From a virus (Duplodnaviria; Caudoviricetes), in IMG/VR virus record IMGVR_UViG_3300024265_001017, positions 1-59,520 of that record: DNA of 59,520 bases, one strand, 5' to 3'. The notes beneath the pieces were generated by a model, which did no database searches, was not told the DNA's origin, and saw only the letters and a list, made by a program, of their open reading frames with translations. Below are positions 1-8,565 of this stretch, piece after piece. Numbering within the stretch: position 1 is the first letter of the stretch; each line of letters opens with the position of its first letter. The position numbers and the translations under genes were made by a program.

Positions 1-41
1 CGTGTTGTCTTTTAGCAGTAGACCCGACTTTGGCTGGTTTG

Positions 42-185
42 TTACCTTCTTTGTTTTGGCCTGTCGAGCGCAATAGTAAACGCTTTCTTGGCCTTCGTAC
101 AGAAACGTTTTAGACCCTTGTATGGCGTGTCTCTAACCGTAAGCTCGCCTCTACATGTGAACGGGTCGTATTTTCTTTCGGTCAT
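42..185 (-). CDS. small basic hypothetical protein (47 aa, MTERKYDPF...)
   Basis: Internal ATG of ORF 42..242 is preceded by a GAGGGGG RBS. It is the first gene downstream of the RNA array. Confidence 0.6.
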   Translation of the reverse strand: MTERKYDPFTCRGELTVRDTPYKGLKRFCTKAKKAFTIALDRPKQRR

Positions 186-296
186 GTCATCAACCCCCTC
201 ATTGTTGAAACCGGGCAGTCCCAAGGCCCACAGTTGACCCACTCGCTACCGCCGTCGCGGAATCTGGTAAGCTCCCGTGTGGGGAGGGACTGCAAA

Positions 297-638
297 ATGT
301 TTGAGCTAACAAGCTACCTCCAGGTTTAATCTAGTGATAGCACTTAAAAGCTGCTCTCAGTGTAGTGGGACAGCTACTCCCAAAAGACTGCTCATTGCTT
401 TGTCGCTTACCAACCTAGCAGTTAGGTGTCCCTATTCTGACTGGGACATGTCAGCGTGTCACGTACAAACGCCCTGACACCGCGCCGCGCAACTATTGTA
501 CCCGTCTGTGGTAGTCTCGCCACTTAGACTCTCGGGGTATTTCAACCCCTGCCTCCCAAGCAGACTTACCCTCCAGTAGTATCCAGGCATTGCTTTTACC
601 GGCGTTGCCGAACGCGGGAGCTTGCTAGCTCAAAACAT
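297..638 (-). ncRNA. ~340-nt structured RNA domain with pseudoknot and T-loop-like hairpins
   Basis: 19-bp closing helix 297-315/619-638 (one bulge, one G-U on -). H-type pseudoknot at 427-454. Hairpins at 508-523 and 534-549. Confidence 0.65.
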
Positions 639-642
639 ATAG

Positions 643-707
643 AGGCGGCGCAAGGAATCGAACCTTGATTGAGGTCTGGGCGACCCCCTTTGCCAATTTA
701 ACCCGCC
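643..707 (-). ncRNA. tRNA-like element lacking a D-stem
   Basis: T-arm CAAGG-UUCGAUU-CCUUG, acceptor GGCGG/CCGCC (only 5 bp paired), hairpin GGGGUC-GCCCA-GACCUC, unpaired D region. Confidence 0.6.
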
Positions 708-2091
708 GAATCCTTGAGTACCTAGTGACCTATAGTTTCTGGTGTCTGTAACACCAGCGAACATGCGGGGCGAAAACCCCTACCACTTCCCTTCCTCAAG
801 GCAAAATCAATTGATAGCTGGCTGAGTTACACGCCGACAGAATCCGGCTCCTCTCCACTCCACATTACCTCACTCGCCACACACGGGGCAAGCTCTGCCC
901 ATCGTTCGGTCTCCGACCCCCATGTCAGAGTCCTACTAGAGAGGGCATCACTTGATACGCATGACACCGAGCTATCAAAACGCGCCGTGGGTACTCGCTC
1001 TCCACTTCCAGAGAGTTTGCCGATGCTCAGGACTTACCTTTGCGCTTTCCTCTTTGCCTGTCATCTTTTCGGGTACTAACTACAGCGCGTAGACCACCAT
1101 GAAACAAACATCTACACCCATGCGGCTTGGTCGTAGCCCGTAGAGGTTAGCATTGCCCTTCCCCACGAAAATGTATAAAATGTCCAAGCAAGCTGCCTAG
1201 CACCTAAACTCAAGGCTTTGAATCCCCATTCACCCGCTATTTAGGATGTTGGGTTGGAGAATCCGCTTGCTCGAAAACGTTCTGTCAGGAAACTATGCTC
1301 GAAACGTTGCCGTCCATACGCCGACAACACGACTCGCCGTGATGGGACGAGGAAGTGCCTGACAGTTAAAACTTTTATAAAGTGCTTGGTGGCGCTGCTC
1401 CATCTGCGAGTCCATCTGTGTAATCGGTCTCCGTTCGCATCTTGTTATGCCCAGCAGAGTGCCCGCGTTACCAAGCGGCTTTGTGCTTTTATAATCGAAC
1501 TGACCAGCGGGCCATCGTTGCACAGGTGATGTAATTTTAGGGCGCTTACCTGTTAGAAGACGTTGCCTATTATCCGCTGTTATCAGCTCGAAAGTGATTA
1601 TCAAAAGAGCAAGCGGCCCACAGTAGGTCTTGCGACCCCACCCCGGCGAAAAGTAGCTCACTTCCGCGCTCATAAACTTGGTCGAGCAGATGCTCTAGGT
1701 TACCCACTGTCGGCACCAAATCTTTGCGCTAAGTGCGGGAAACTGCATGGAACCTTCCAAGTCAAAGGGCGGTTACCCTAACCCTCGACCACTTGCCCCT
1801 CAGATAATCAGTTCTAAGCTTCAATAGATAACCCGACTGCCTACCCCGTAGCAGCCGCGGCCAAACCGGACAGCGCATAGGGCAGATTTTGTTTTCAAGG
1901 AAACTCAAGGCACCGCCTATTTCGCTCCGCGGAGCTACTTTGCGGTACTATTGTAGTCTTGCGGTCAATCGCAACACCGTCCAAGCGACCTCACGTTTCC
2001 GACCAGCTTCGTCTGTTTCAACTGCTTGGTGGCCGTTGCTTGGTTGTCGAGCTATCAATTAAAGCTCAGAACTTTTGTTATTGACTAGATT

Positions 2092-2519
2092 GTTTAGCAG
2101 GCAGTCTCCCGAGGTGCCCGCATCTCTATGTCAGGCATATTTTGTGCGGTATGTCGGTGGTCGCCGTCCTTACGTGTCAGCGGTTCAAAGGCGCTAAACA
2201 CATGTCAGACAATTTTCGGTGGCTTGACGGACTTACTACCTTCGCGCTTTCGCTTGAATGTGGTTGCCGTCTAAACTCTTCGACTTACTCCGCTCTGTTG
2301 CCTTGCTTTCAATGCTACCCTTGCTGCTTCACGGTCACGCTTTCAACGCTCGACCTTGCCCGCGGTGCGACGAATCGCTATCCATTATGACTTTTAAGCC
2401 AGCGGCTCTCTGTTGTAGTGTGACCACACACCGAAAACCTCGGTGCGGTCAGGAACTATCATATGGAGCTTTAGCTGGACTGCGCGAACTATTTACAGCC
2501 AAGAGGCTGCTTGCTAAAC
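2092..2519 (-). ncRNA. ~430-nt structured RNA domain
   Basis: Closing helix GTTTAGCA/TGCTAAAC. Nested helices 2109-2115/2437-2443 and 2213-2221/2429-2437. GCGA-UUCG-UCGC hairpin at 2367-2378 and two UUGAAAG T-loop-like motifs on -. Confidence 0.6.
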
Positions 2520-2694
2520 TTTCTAGTTTGTAATTCAATCGGCAGGTCAGACTTTCTTGTCAAGCCCTCTACTCAACTTTGAGGGTCTGTCCCTGTCGGG
2601 TCGCTACTAGCTCCCGATTGCCTTCCCACCGTTCCCCGTTTGTCTGGGGCTTTTCCTTCCCTTGAGCTTCTTTGGTTCTCTCTCTCTCGGTACA

Positions 2695-2700
2695 ATTATA
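2695..2700 (-). promoter_or_regulatory. candidate -10 box (TATAAT) for the RNA array
   Basis: Perfect TATAAT on - just upstream of the array. No good -35 at 17 bp spacing. Confidence 0.3.
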
Positions 2701-2894
2701 TCCTATCATATCTGGCCGGGAATACAAGCCGGGCCGTTAGCGCCTGCCGTGCGTATTTTCTCGATTTTTGAAAGATTTTTCGTCTTTTTCGGTAATACCG
2801 TGGGGGGTTTTAGTAGTCCCCCCGGTGGTTTAAGTTGTCAAAGTGCGTTATAATGTATGCACTATATATATACCCGCAAAGGAGGGAAAATAAC

Positions 2895-3443
2895 ATGCTT
2901 TACACAAAAAGTTTAGCCAAGGGTGACAAAGGCCCGAGCGTTGCGGATTTACAACGTCGAATTAACCACCATCATTTCAAAGTGGTCGGCCCAGATGACG
3001 GTCACTTTGGGGAGAATACAAAGATTGCCGTGGTACGTTTTCAAGATGCGTTCGGACTCGCACAAGATGGCGTAGTTGGCCCGAAGACCCAGAACAAGCT
3101 TATGGTTGGTGGTCAAGTCTCTGCTCATTTCAACATCTTCCACGATGTTCTTTACAGTCGAGGAAACGGTGACTTGATTCTACGCGGCGAGCTTATTCAC
3201 CGCTTAGAGGTAGTGCGCTCGATACTCGGCAACAAGCCAGTGATTGTAAACTCCTGTTTTAGGGACGAACGCTATAACTACATCATCGGTGGAGCAACCC
3301 GTTCCCAGCACAAGAAAGGAGCGGCTGGCGACATTGTTGTCATTGGTGTCAGTCCTACGGGCGTGGCAAATGCTGGAAGGCAGGCAGGCTTTAAGTTCAT
3401 CCAAGTTTATTCTGGATTTACGCACCTTGACATTCGCGCTTAA
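2895..3443 (+). CDS. endolysin: peptidoglycan-binding domain + M15-type Zn peptidase
   Basis: N-terminal L.KG.KG.SV..LQ...DG.FG..T..AV..FQ...GL..DGVVG..T (PG_binding_1). C-terminal SQH...A.DI...FTHLDIR. Start at MLYTK after an AGGAGG RBS. Confidence 0.9.
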   Translation: MLYTKSLAKGDKGPSVADLQRRINHHHFKVVGPDDGHFGENTKIAVVRFQDAFGLAQDGVVGPKTQNKLMVGGQVSAHFNIFHDVLYSRGNGDLILRGELIHRLEVVRSILGNKPVIVNSCFRDERYNYIIGGATRSQHKKGAAGDIVVIGVSPTGVANAGRQAGFKFIQVYSGFTHLDIRA

Positions 3444-3541
3444 ATCGTTTATAAACGGGAAGCATCATGTATCGAGAAGGGTTGTGAGCTGGCAGAAGTG
3501 GTGGGTGGGAATGTTTGCAACCAATTGGAAGGGGCAATAGG

Positions 3542-3733
3542 ATGACACTTAAAAAGAAGAGAATAGCAATCCGCGGTTTTAAGCACAAGAAAGTGCCTAG
3601 TCACCCGGTCGGGTGCCGCGGATTTCTGCATCCACTACGGAGCGACCCAGAGCATTATGTGGTTTGTGATTTTTGTCACTGGTTAATAGCTCTGCCGGTA
3701 GCCGAAAAATATGGGTATAGGGGAGAAGTATAA
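3542..3733 (+). CDS. small basic Cys/His protein
   Basis: RBS-led ATG, CDFC motif, abuts the next gene. Confidence 0.6.
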   Translation: MTLKKKRIAIRGFKHKKVPSHPVGCRGFLHPLRSDPEHYVVCDFCHWLIALPVAEKYGYRGEV

Positions 3734-3909
3734 TGGCAAATGACAGACCACAAGATGTACCATTGACATTAGCAGAATCAGCCATTGGGTTGCATGAATT
3801 TTATACATCACTCGTTGATGCTGGTTTTGATGAAGACCAAGCACTATACTTAGTTGCCGAATTGTTGAGTGGTCAAGCGGGAGGCGGCGGGTATGTCGAA
3901 GAGTACTAA
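3733..3909 (+). CDS. conserved small phage protein (58 aa; not in ORF track)
   Basis: MANDRPQDVPLTLAESAIGLHEFYTSLVDAGFDEDQALYLV...; TAATG coupling. The HE.Y..L..AGF...QAL motif is common in phage small proteins. Confidence 0.7.
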   Translation: MANDRPQDVPLTLAESAIGLHEFYTSLVDAGFDEDQALYLVAELLSGQAGGGGYVEEY

Positions 3910-4147
3910 GGAGCTGACTCGCTTCAATACTCCCGGCATCGTTCTTTGTATGCCCTACTGTGAAAACCTGTATTTGTGGAACACCGTACTCCAACAGGGC
4001 GAACCGGCGCACGTTCTCTTTCACTATCGCTGCATAAAATGTGGCGCGAACCACTTGGGCGTACTGGATGAATACTTTCTCGGCAAGAGCTGTCGAGAGA
4101 CTACAAGGATGGGGAATAATGAAAATCCACCAAGTTGTACACTGTAA
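3893..4147 (+). CDS. Zn-ribbon hypothetical protein
   Basis: GGAGG RBS; CMPYC and CIKC motifs. Confidence 0.55.
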   Translation: MSKSTKELTRFNTPGIVLCMPYCENLYLWNTVLQQGEPAHVLFHYRCIKCGANHLGVLDEYFLGKSCRETTRMGNNENPPSCTL

Positions 4148-4406
4148 GAAAGACCTCTATGATATCTATATAGGAAGACCCTCTAAGTGGGGCAACCCAT
4201 TCCCGCTTGAGGACGAGAGCCAACGCCTGCTTGTCATTGAGAAGTACAGGCAGTGGGTACTCAGCCAACCGGAACTTGTGGCAGCATTGCCCGAGTTGAG
4301 GGGCAAAGTGCTTGGTTGCTGGTGTGCCCCGCGGCCCTGTCATGGGGATGTGCTTGTTGAGCTTGCAAATCGGGGGAAGAAAAATGATATGTCCGTACTG
4401 CGATAG
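4119..4406 (+). CDS. DUF4326 family protein
   Basis: VVHCKK..YDIYIGRPSKWGNPF...LGCWCAPRPCHGDVL signature. Confidence 0.85.
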   Translation: MKIHQVVHCKKDLYDIYIGRPSKWGNPFPLEDESQRLLVIEKYRQWVLSQPELVAALPELRGKVLGCWCAPRPCHGDVLVELANRGKKNDMSVLR

Positions 4407-4484
4407 TGACGACACGGTTGAGATATTTGGTGACTACCGCGGTTGTAATTCTTGCAAAGCCAGTTGGAAACCACTAGATAATAC

Positions 4485-4513
4485 TTGACTTTCTTTCTGA
4501 TGGCCTTTACTGT
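4485..4513 (+). promoter_or_regulatory. candidate sigma70-type promoter
   Basis: TTGACT-17 bp-TACTGT upstream of the DUF932 gene. Confidence 0.4.
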
Positions 4514-4543
4514 GGCACTCGTAACAAAATCTATGGGGGGGGA

Positions 4544-5569
4544 ATGAAAGTGAGTAGAAACCGAAGACGAAACCAGCCGAGAGTACCCTGGCCCGATGTA
4601 CTTGGTCGCAAACAGGAGAACCCGGCGAGTGCTAGGGACGCTTATGCTGACCTCGGCACGTATGATGTAAGTCTGCGGGACGTTTACGTTGACAGTGGCG
4701 CGGACACAGATGGTTTGGTTAAGTACAAAGCGCCGAATCACCGTGCAATCGTTCGTGGCCCACTAGTGAGTGACGACGACCCAGCAGAACGCATCTTCAA
4801 CGTTGTCGGGAAGAAATACCGCCTGATAACTCCAGACAAAATTGTGAACCTATGGGACGAACACATAGGACGACCAGTTACTAGCATCGGTGCGCTCGAC
4901 CACGGAGAGAGATTCTTCCTGGCGACTCAGTTACCGACCATTAGAGTGGCTGGCGACGATGATAAGGGTATCGAGAATACCTTGGTGCTTGTCAGCCCAA
5001 TGAACGGTCGAGAGGCTATCATCGGAATGCTTGTCCCAGTGCGGCTTGTCTGCATGAATGGCATGGTGACGATGGGTGACGTTGTTGAGGCGTTCACACT
5101 AAAGCACTACCAGAACAACCTCAACCAGTTGCCGGAGTGGTTGGCTGGCGTGTACCAGCGAAACGTAGCGAACCTGGAACGCATGGAGCTTACTTGGAAT
5201 CGCTTAGCTGCTAAGACGGTTTCTAGTCAAGAAGTAAATGATACTCTGGATGTAGCGTTTCCACTGCCCGTTGCTATGCCCGATATGGACTTAGAGGCGC
5301 GGCAGAAACATGAGAGGCGCTGGGATAGCGCTCAGAGCCACCGTAACTTGACCAGAGAGTTCTTTGCTGGACGAGGTTCGGGGATGGACAACAAAGCGAA
5401 CAAGGGCACCGAGTACGGTCTGTATAACTCGATTGTCGAGCTTATAGACTGGGGTGCTGAGAAGAATGAAGGCGCTAAAATGGCTACCGTGCGCTCAGCC
5501 GCAATGGGTATGGCCGCGAAGAAGAAAACCCAAGTACTCAATCACTTGGTAGAGAGGATAGCGGCGTAA
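4544..5569 (+). CDS. DUF932 family protein
   Basis: VVG..Y, G.L..G.R.F, P.RLVC.NG and GT.YGLYN...E..D motifs. Confidence 0.85.
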   Translation: MKVSRNRRRNQPRVPWPDVLGRKQENPASARDAYADLGTYDVSLRDVYVDSGADTDGLVKYKAPNHRAIVRGPLVSDDDPAERIFNVVGKKYRLITPDKIVNLWDEHIGRPVTSIGALDHGERFFLATQLPTIRVAGDDDKGIENTLVLVSPMNGREAIIGMLVPVRLVCMNGMVTMGDVVEAFTLKHYQNNLNQLPEWLAGVYQRNVANLERMELTWNRLAAKTVSSQEVNDTLDVAFPLPVAMPDMDLEARQKHERRWDSAQSHRNLTREFFAGRGSGMDNKANKGTEYGLYNSIVELIDWGAEKNEGAKMATVRSAAMGMAAKKKTQVLNHLVERIAA

Positions 5570-6126
5570 TGTTGAACCGAAGACGGTTAGTGGTTGATAT
5601 GGATAACACCCTGTATGCCGCGCCGTTTGCCGAAGCTGTCAGAGTGATGTGGGGAGCGGATGCTCCCCCATCTTCTGAGGTGCCTACTTGGTTGTGGTAC
5701 AAAGACCACGTTAATAAAGAGCAGTGGCGAGAGGCGATTAACTTTGTGCATGATAGGCAGAGCTACTATCCGCCGTTTCCAGGGGCAGTACAGGCATTGA
5801 GAATGGCGAGCAAGCATTTCCATATCATTGTAACTAGCCAACGACCTGAAAACATGAAAACGGGGGTTGATTGGTGGTTAGCTATTAACGGTGTATGGGC
5901 AGATGAAACAAGTATCACCGACAAACCGAAAACGTTCAAACCTGGGGATATCGTGGTAGACGATGCTCCGCACAACATTGTGGAAGCGATTGAGAGCGGC
6001 GCACAAGTAATCTCCTTGGTATACCCCTACAATAGACATACATCGGCGCTAGGAGCTACGCTAGTGAGCGACTGGGCCGGTATTAGAGCAGCATTAAAGG
6101 AAGTGATGGAACGTGACACGAAATAA
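5569..6126 (+). CDS. HAD-family 5'(3')-deoxyribonucleotidase
   Basis: VDMDNTL (DxDxT), P.PGA..AL, IVTS, IVVDDAPHN, YPYN motifs. Confidence 0.85.
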   Translation: MLNRRRLVVDMDNTLYAAPFAEAVRVMWGADAPPSSEVPTWLWYKDHVNKEQWREAINFVHDRQSYYPPFPGAVQALRMASKHFHIIVTSQRPENMKTGVDWWLAINGVWADETSITDKPKTFKPGDIVVDDAPHNIVEAIESGAQVISLVYPYNRHTSALGATLVSDWAGIRAALKEVMERDTK

Positions 6127-6316
6127 TGACCACATCGGCAAATCGGTGGTTGATAATCGAACAATCCGCTATCAGTGTGACCATTGTGACAATAAACCGG
6201 ATACCATAGCGGTTATCATGCGCGGCGGGTACGTTCAAAAGCAGTTATGCTCTAAATGTTACACAGAGCAATACCCGAAAGACCCAATATTTGACAAGGG
6301 GGTTATCAAGCAATGA
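6113..6316 (+). CDS. small Zn-finger protein
   Basis: CDHC...LCSKC; overlaps its neighbours. Confidence 0.6.
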   Translation: MTRNNDHIGKSVVDNRTIRYQCDHCDNKPDTIAVIMRGGYVQKQLCSKCYTEQYPKDPIFDKGVIKQ

Positions 6317-6669
6317 GAAGTCGAAGACTATTGATTGGGAAGAAAGCGCCCAATATAGAGGGAGACATTCCCGACTATGAACAAACGTGGTACTGCATAC
6401 CTCTGAGCAGTGATGACACTTTTCCAGACGGTTCAGAGGTTCCCAGCAGAGCCGGTTGGAGCAAATCAAAACCGCCTTACTGGATTAAGCTAGGTGAGGG
6501 TGTAAGCTGGGCGGGAGCAATCACGTTTGGCGCTACTAAGCGCGTTTTGGTAGATGCCGCTAAATCGTTTGGAGCCAAGCGAATCGTTTGGCTTGACAGA
6601 AAAAATAAAACCGCGGTTTCGGAAATTTTCGTAAATACTCGGTCTGAGAAAAAGAGGGGGGTGGCCTAG
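6313..6669 (+). CDS. hypothetical protein, paralog A
   Basis: Shares WYCI...FPDG...WIKLGEG.SW..AITFG.T with 6856..7125. Confidence 0.75.
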   Translation: MRSRRLLIGKKAPNIEGDIPDYEQTWYCIPLSSDDTFPDGSEVPSRAGWSKSKPPYWIKLGEGVSWAGAITFGATKRVLVDAAKSFGAKRIVWLDRKNKTAVSEIFVNTRSEKKRGVA

Positions 6670-6854
6670 TGCCTAGTGGTAACCCAGGAAAGAAGCATAC
6701 GCAAGAACATAATGACAGAGTAGCGGCAGCACATAGGGGTTTGCATCATTCAGAAGAGACCAGGAACAAACTGAGCGAAGCAAACATAAAAACATGGAAG
6801 AAGAAAGTAGCCGATGGCTATGTATCGCCGTTAAAAGGAAGGAGAAAATGTTGA
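6669..6854 (+). CDS. stand-alone NUMOD3-motif protein
   Basis: GKKHTQEHNDRV and GLHHSEETRNKLSEA repeats; GAGGGGG RBS. Confidence 0.7.
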   Translation: MPSGNPGKKHTQEHNDRVAAAHRGLHHSEETRNKLSEANIKTWKKKVADGYVSPLKGRRKC

Positions 6855-6855
6855 T

Positions 6856-7125
6856 GTGAGAAAAAGATATGATACTGTACAGGACTATGCGGTCAATTGG
6901 TACTGCATTCTACGTGGTGATGGTGAGTTTTTTCCTGATGGGCTACCGACCCCACACTTGAGTCGGAGCGCGTTCAGACGTTCACCAAGGAAGCTTATCT
7001 GGATAAAGCTTGGTGAAGGAAAGAGTTGGCACAACGCAATTACTTTTGGCCCCACAGTTAGTACAACCGTGGAAGCGGCAGAGGACTTTGGTGCCACTGA
7101 TTTGGTATGGTTTGAACCACTGTAA
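6856..7125 (+). CDS. hypothetical protein, paralog B
   Basis: Paralog of 6313..6669; GGAG RBS. Confidence 0.75.
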   Translation: MRKRYDTVQDYAVNWYCILRGDGEFFPDGLPTPHLSRSAFRRSPRKLIWIKLGEGKSWHNAITFGPTVSTTVEAAEDFGATDLVWFEPL

Positions 7126-7187
7126 CAGGTGGTTTACTTTTGCTGAGAAGACCGTTATAATCGACTGACAAGAACAAAGGAGCCAGA

Positions 7188-7568
7188 GTGAAAAGTGAAG
7201 CAACGAGAGAATGGGAATCGGGTGCCTACCGAGACACCAACGAGGAAAAGTTGGACTATGAGGCGTTCTATAACCCCCTAGTAGTTCGGGAGTTCGCTCG
7301 GTACATGCACAAACACCGCAAACAATCAGACGGCAACCTGCGGGATGGAGACAACTGGCAGGGTCTTTTTGGCTCACCAGAAGAGCATCGAGCCGTTTGC
7401 ATGAAGTCCCTATGGCGGCACTTCCACGATTTGTGGATGTTCCACCGCGGCTATGCTGGAAGGGAAACCATTAAGGAGGCGCTATGCGCCATCTTGTTTA
7501 ACATACAAGCCTATCTCTTCTCCATCCTGGTTGAAGAGGAAGCAGCCAGAAGGGAGGGAATAGAATGA
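7188..7568 (+). CDS. DUF5664-like dATP/dGTP diphosphohydrolase domain protein
   Basis: R..ESGA.RD....K.DY...NW...S..RH....L.AI.FN pattern. Confidence 0.7.
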   Translation: MKSEATREWESGAYRDTNEEKLDYEAFYNPLVVREFARYMHKHRKQSDGNLRDGDNWQGLFGSPEEHRAVCMKSLWRHFHDLWMFHRGYAGRETIKEALCAILFNIQAYLFSILVEEEAARREGIE

Positions 7569-8461
7569 ATAGAATCCTATCGCCAAGTGAGATAAATTGC
7601 TTTACCGATTGCCGGGTCAAGTGGGACTTTGCTTACCGCCAGCACATACGCTTTGATGTTTATGCCAGAGCGCGGTGTCTAGGGTCAGTCGTTCACGCCG
7701 GTCTGGGTGCTTGGTATGCCAGAGAAGGAATGGATGCTTGCTATCAAGCAATGACTGAGGCAGCGGACAGATACGAGATGCCCGGTAAAGACTTAGTGGT
7801 TGCTCAAGGCATCTTCGAGCATTACATTCTCTACTATGCTGATGACCTAGACAAATATGAGCCACTAATTATCGAGACAAAGATTACCGAAGGGTCGGTT
7901 GGTCTCAAGTGTATACCTGACTTGGTGTTTCTTGAGAAGGCGACCGACAGGTACTTTATTTTAGACCACAAAGTCATCACCAACTTGGCTATCGACAAAG
8001 TGTTTGACACCCAGAAGATAGCTATGTACAAGGTGATTGGCAAGCGGTATCCCATCTCGGGTATCATCTTCAATCTGATACGGAGTAAGCTACCGATGAT
8101 TCTTGAACCAATCAAGAACAACACGCGGCTCAAGAAGTTTACGCCTGGTAATACTACAGAGGCAGTCTTCAATAAAGCGCTTAGTATGTATGACTTCCGA
8201 GCGCAAGACTACCCAGAGGCAGTTGAGTTCTTTAAGGAAAACGAAAACCAATTCTTTAAGCGCGTCCCGGTTGACATAACGGTCGAAGAAATGGAAGACT
8301 TTGACCAGCGCTTTGAGCTGATTCAACAAGAGATAGCAAGCGGTATCATCTACGCCAATCGCCAATGGGACTGCGAAAGGTCTTGCGATTACTATGAGAT
8401 GTGCCACACGCTTACAGATAAGAAGGGCAAGCTAGTACTCGATAAGAAAGGGTGGAAGTAA
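7565..8461 (+). CDS. PD-(D/E)XK exonuclease (RecB/Cas4-like)
   Basis: LSPSEI..F..C...W, G..VH, PDLV...ILDHK, Q...Y and a C-terminal C...C.Y...C cluster. Confidence 0.8.
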   Translation: MNRILSPSEINCFTDCRVKWDFAYRQHIRFDVYARARCLGSVVHAGLGAWYAREGMDACYQAMTEAADRYEMPGKDLVVAQGIFEHYILYYADDLDKYEPLIIETKITEGSVGLKCIPDLVFLEKATDRYFILDHKVITNLAIDKVFDTQKIAMYKVIGKRYPISGIIFNLIRSKLPMILEPIKNNTRLKKFTPGNTTEAVFNKALSMYDFRAQDYPEAVEFFKENENQFFKRVPVDITVEEMEDFDQRFELIQQEIASGIIYANRQWDCERSCDYYEMCHTLTDKKGKLVLDKKGWK

Positions 8462-8565
8462 ATGTTAATCGAAGTCGTTAGGGACGCGGCGGTTATCTTC
8501 ACGTTCATTACTGGCGTATGCTTGCTGTACCACTTTAGCAATAGAATATGAAGGGGGGAATCACT

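Larger units (their letters stand above)
215..2690 (-). ncRNA. tandem array of structured non-coding RNA modules
   Basis: No RBS-led ORF. About 15 consecutive segments are each closed by a terminal helix. GNRA, UUCG and T-loop-like motifs and several G-U wobbles read correctly on the - strand. Confidence 0.7.

Noticed and set aside
297-707. tmRNA (standard or permuted)
   Set aside because: The tRNA-like part is closed by its own hairpin, lacks G3-U70 and A73, and no tag reading frame was found.
215-2690. CRISPR array, group I/II intron, RNase P, SRP or 6S RNA
   Set aside because: No repeated direct repeat, no interrupted host gene, and none of the diagnostic consensus motifs recognised by eye. 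A covariance search is still needed.
1254-2853. ORF-track entries 1254..1529, 1293..1673, 1563..1781, 2142..2390, 2258..2533, 2662..2853
   Set aside because: No RBS, mutually overlapping, no recognisable motifs, and they cut across the RNA helices.
2835-2894. N-terminal 20-aa extension of the endolysin
   Set aside because: TTG start without RBS; the AGGAGG site points to the ATG at 2895.
7188-7568. Z-genome (2-aminoadenine) pathway
   Set aside because: A DUF5664-like gene is present but no PurZ homolog was seen.
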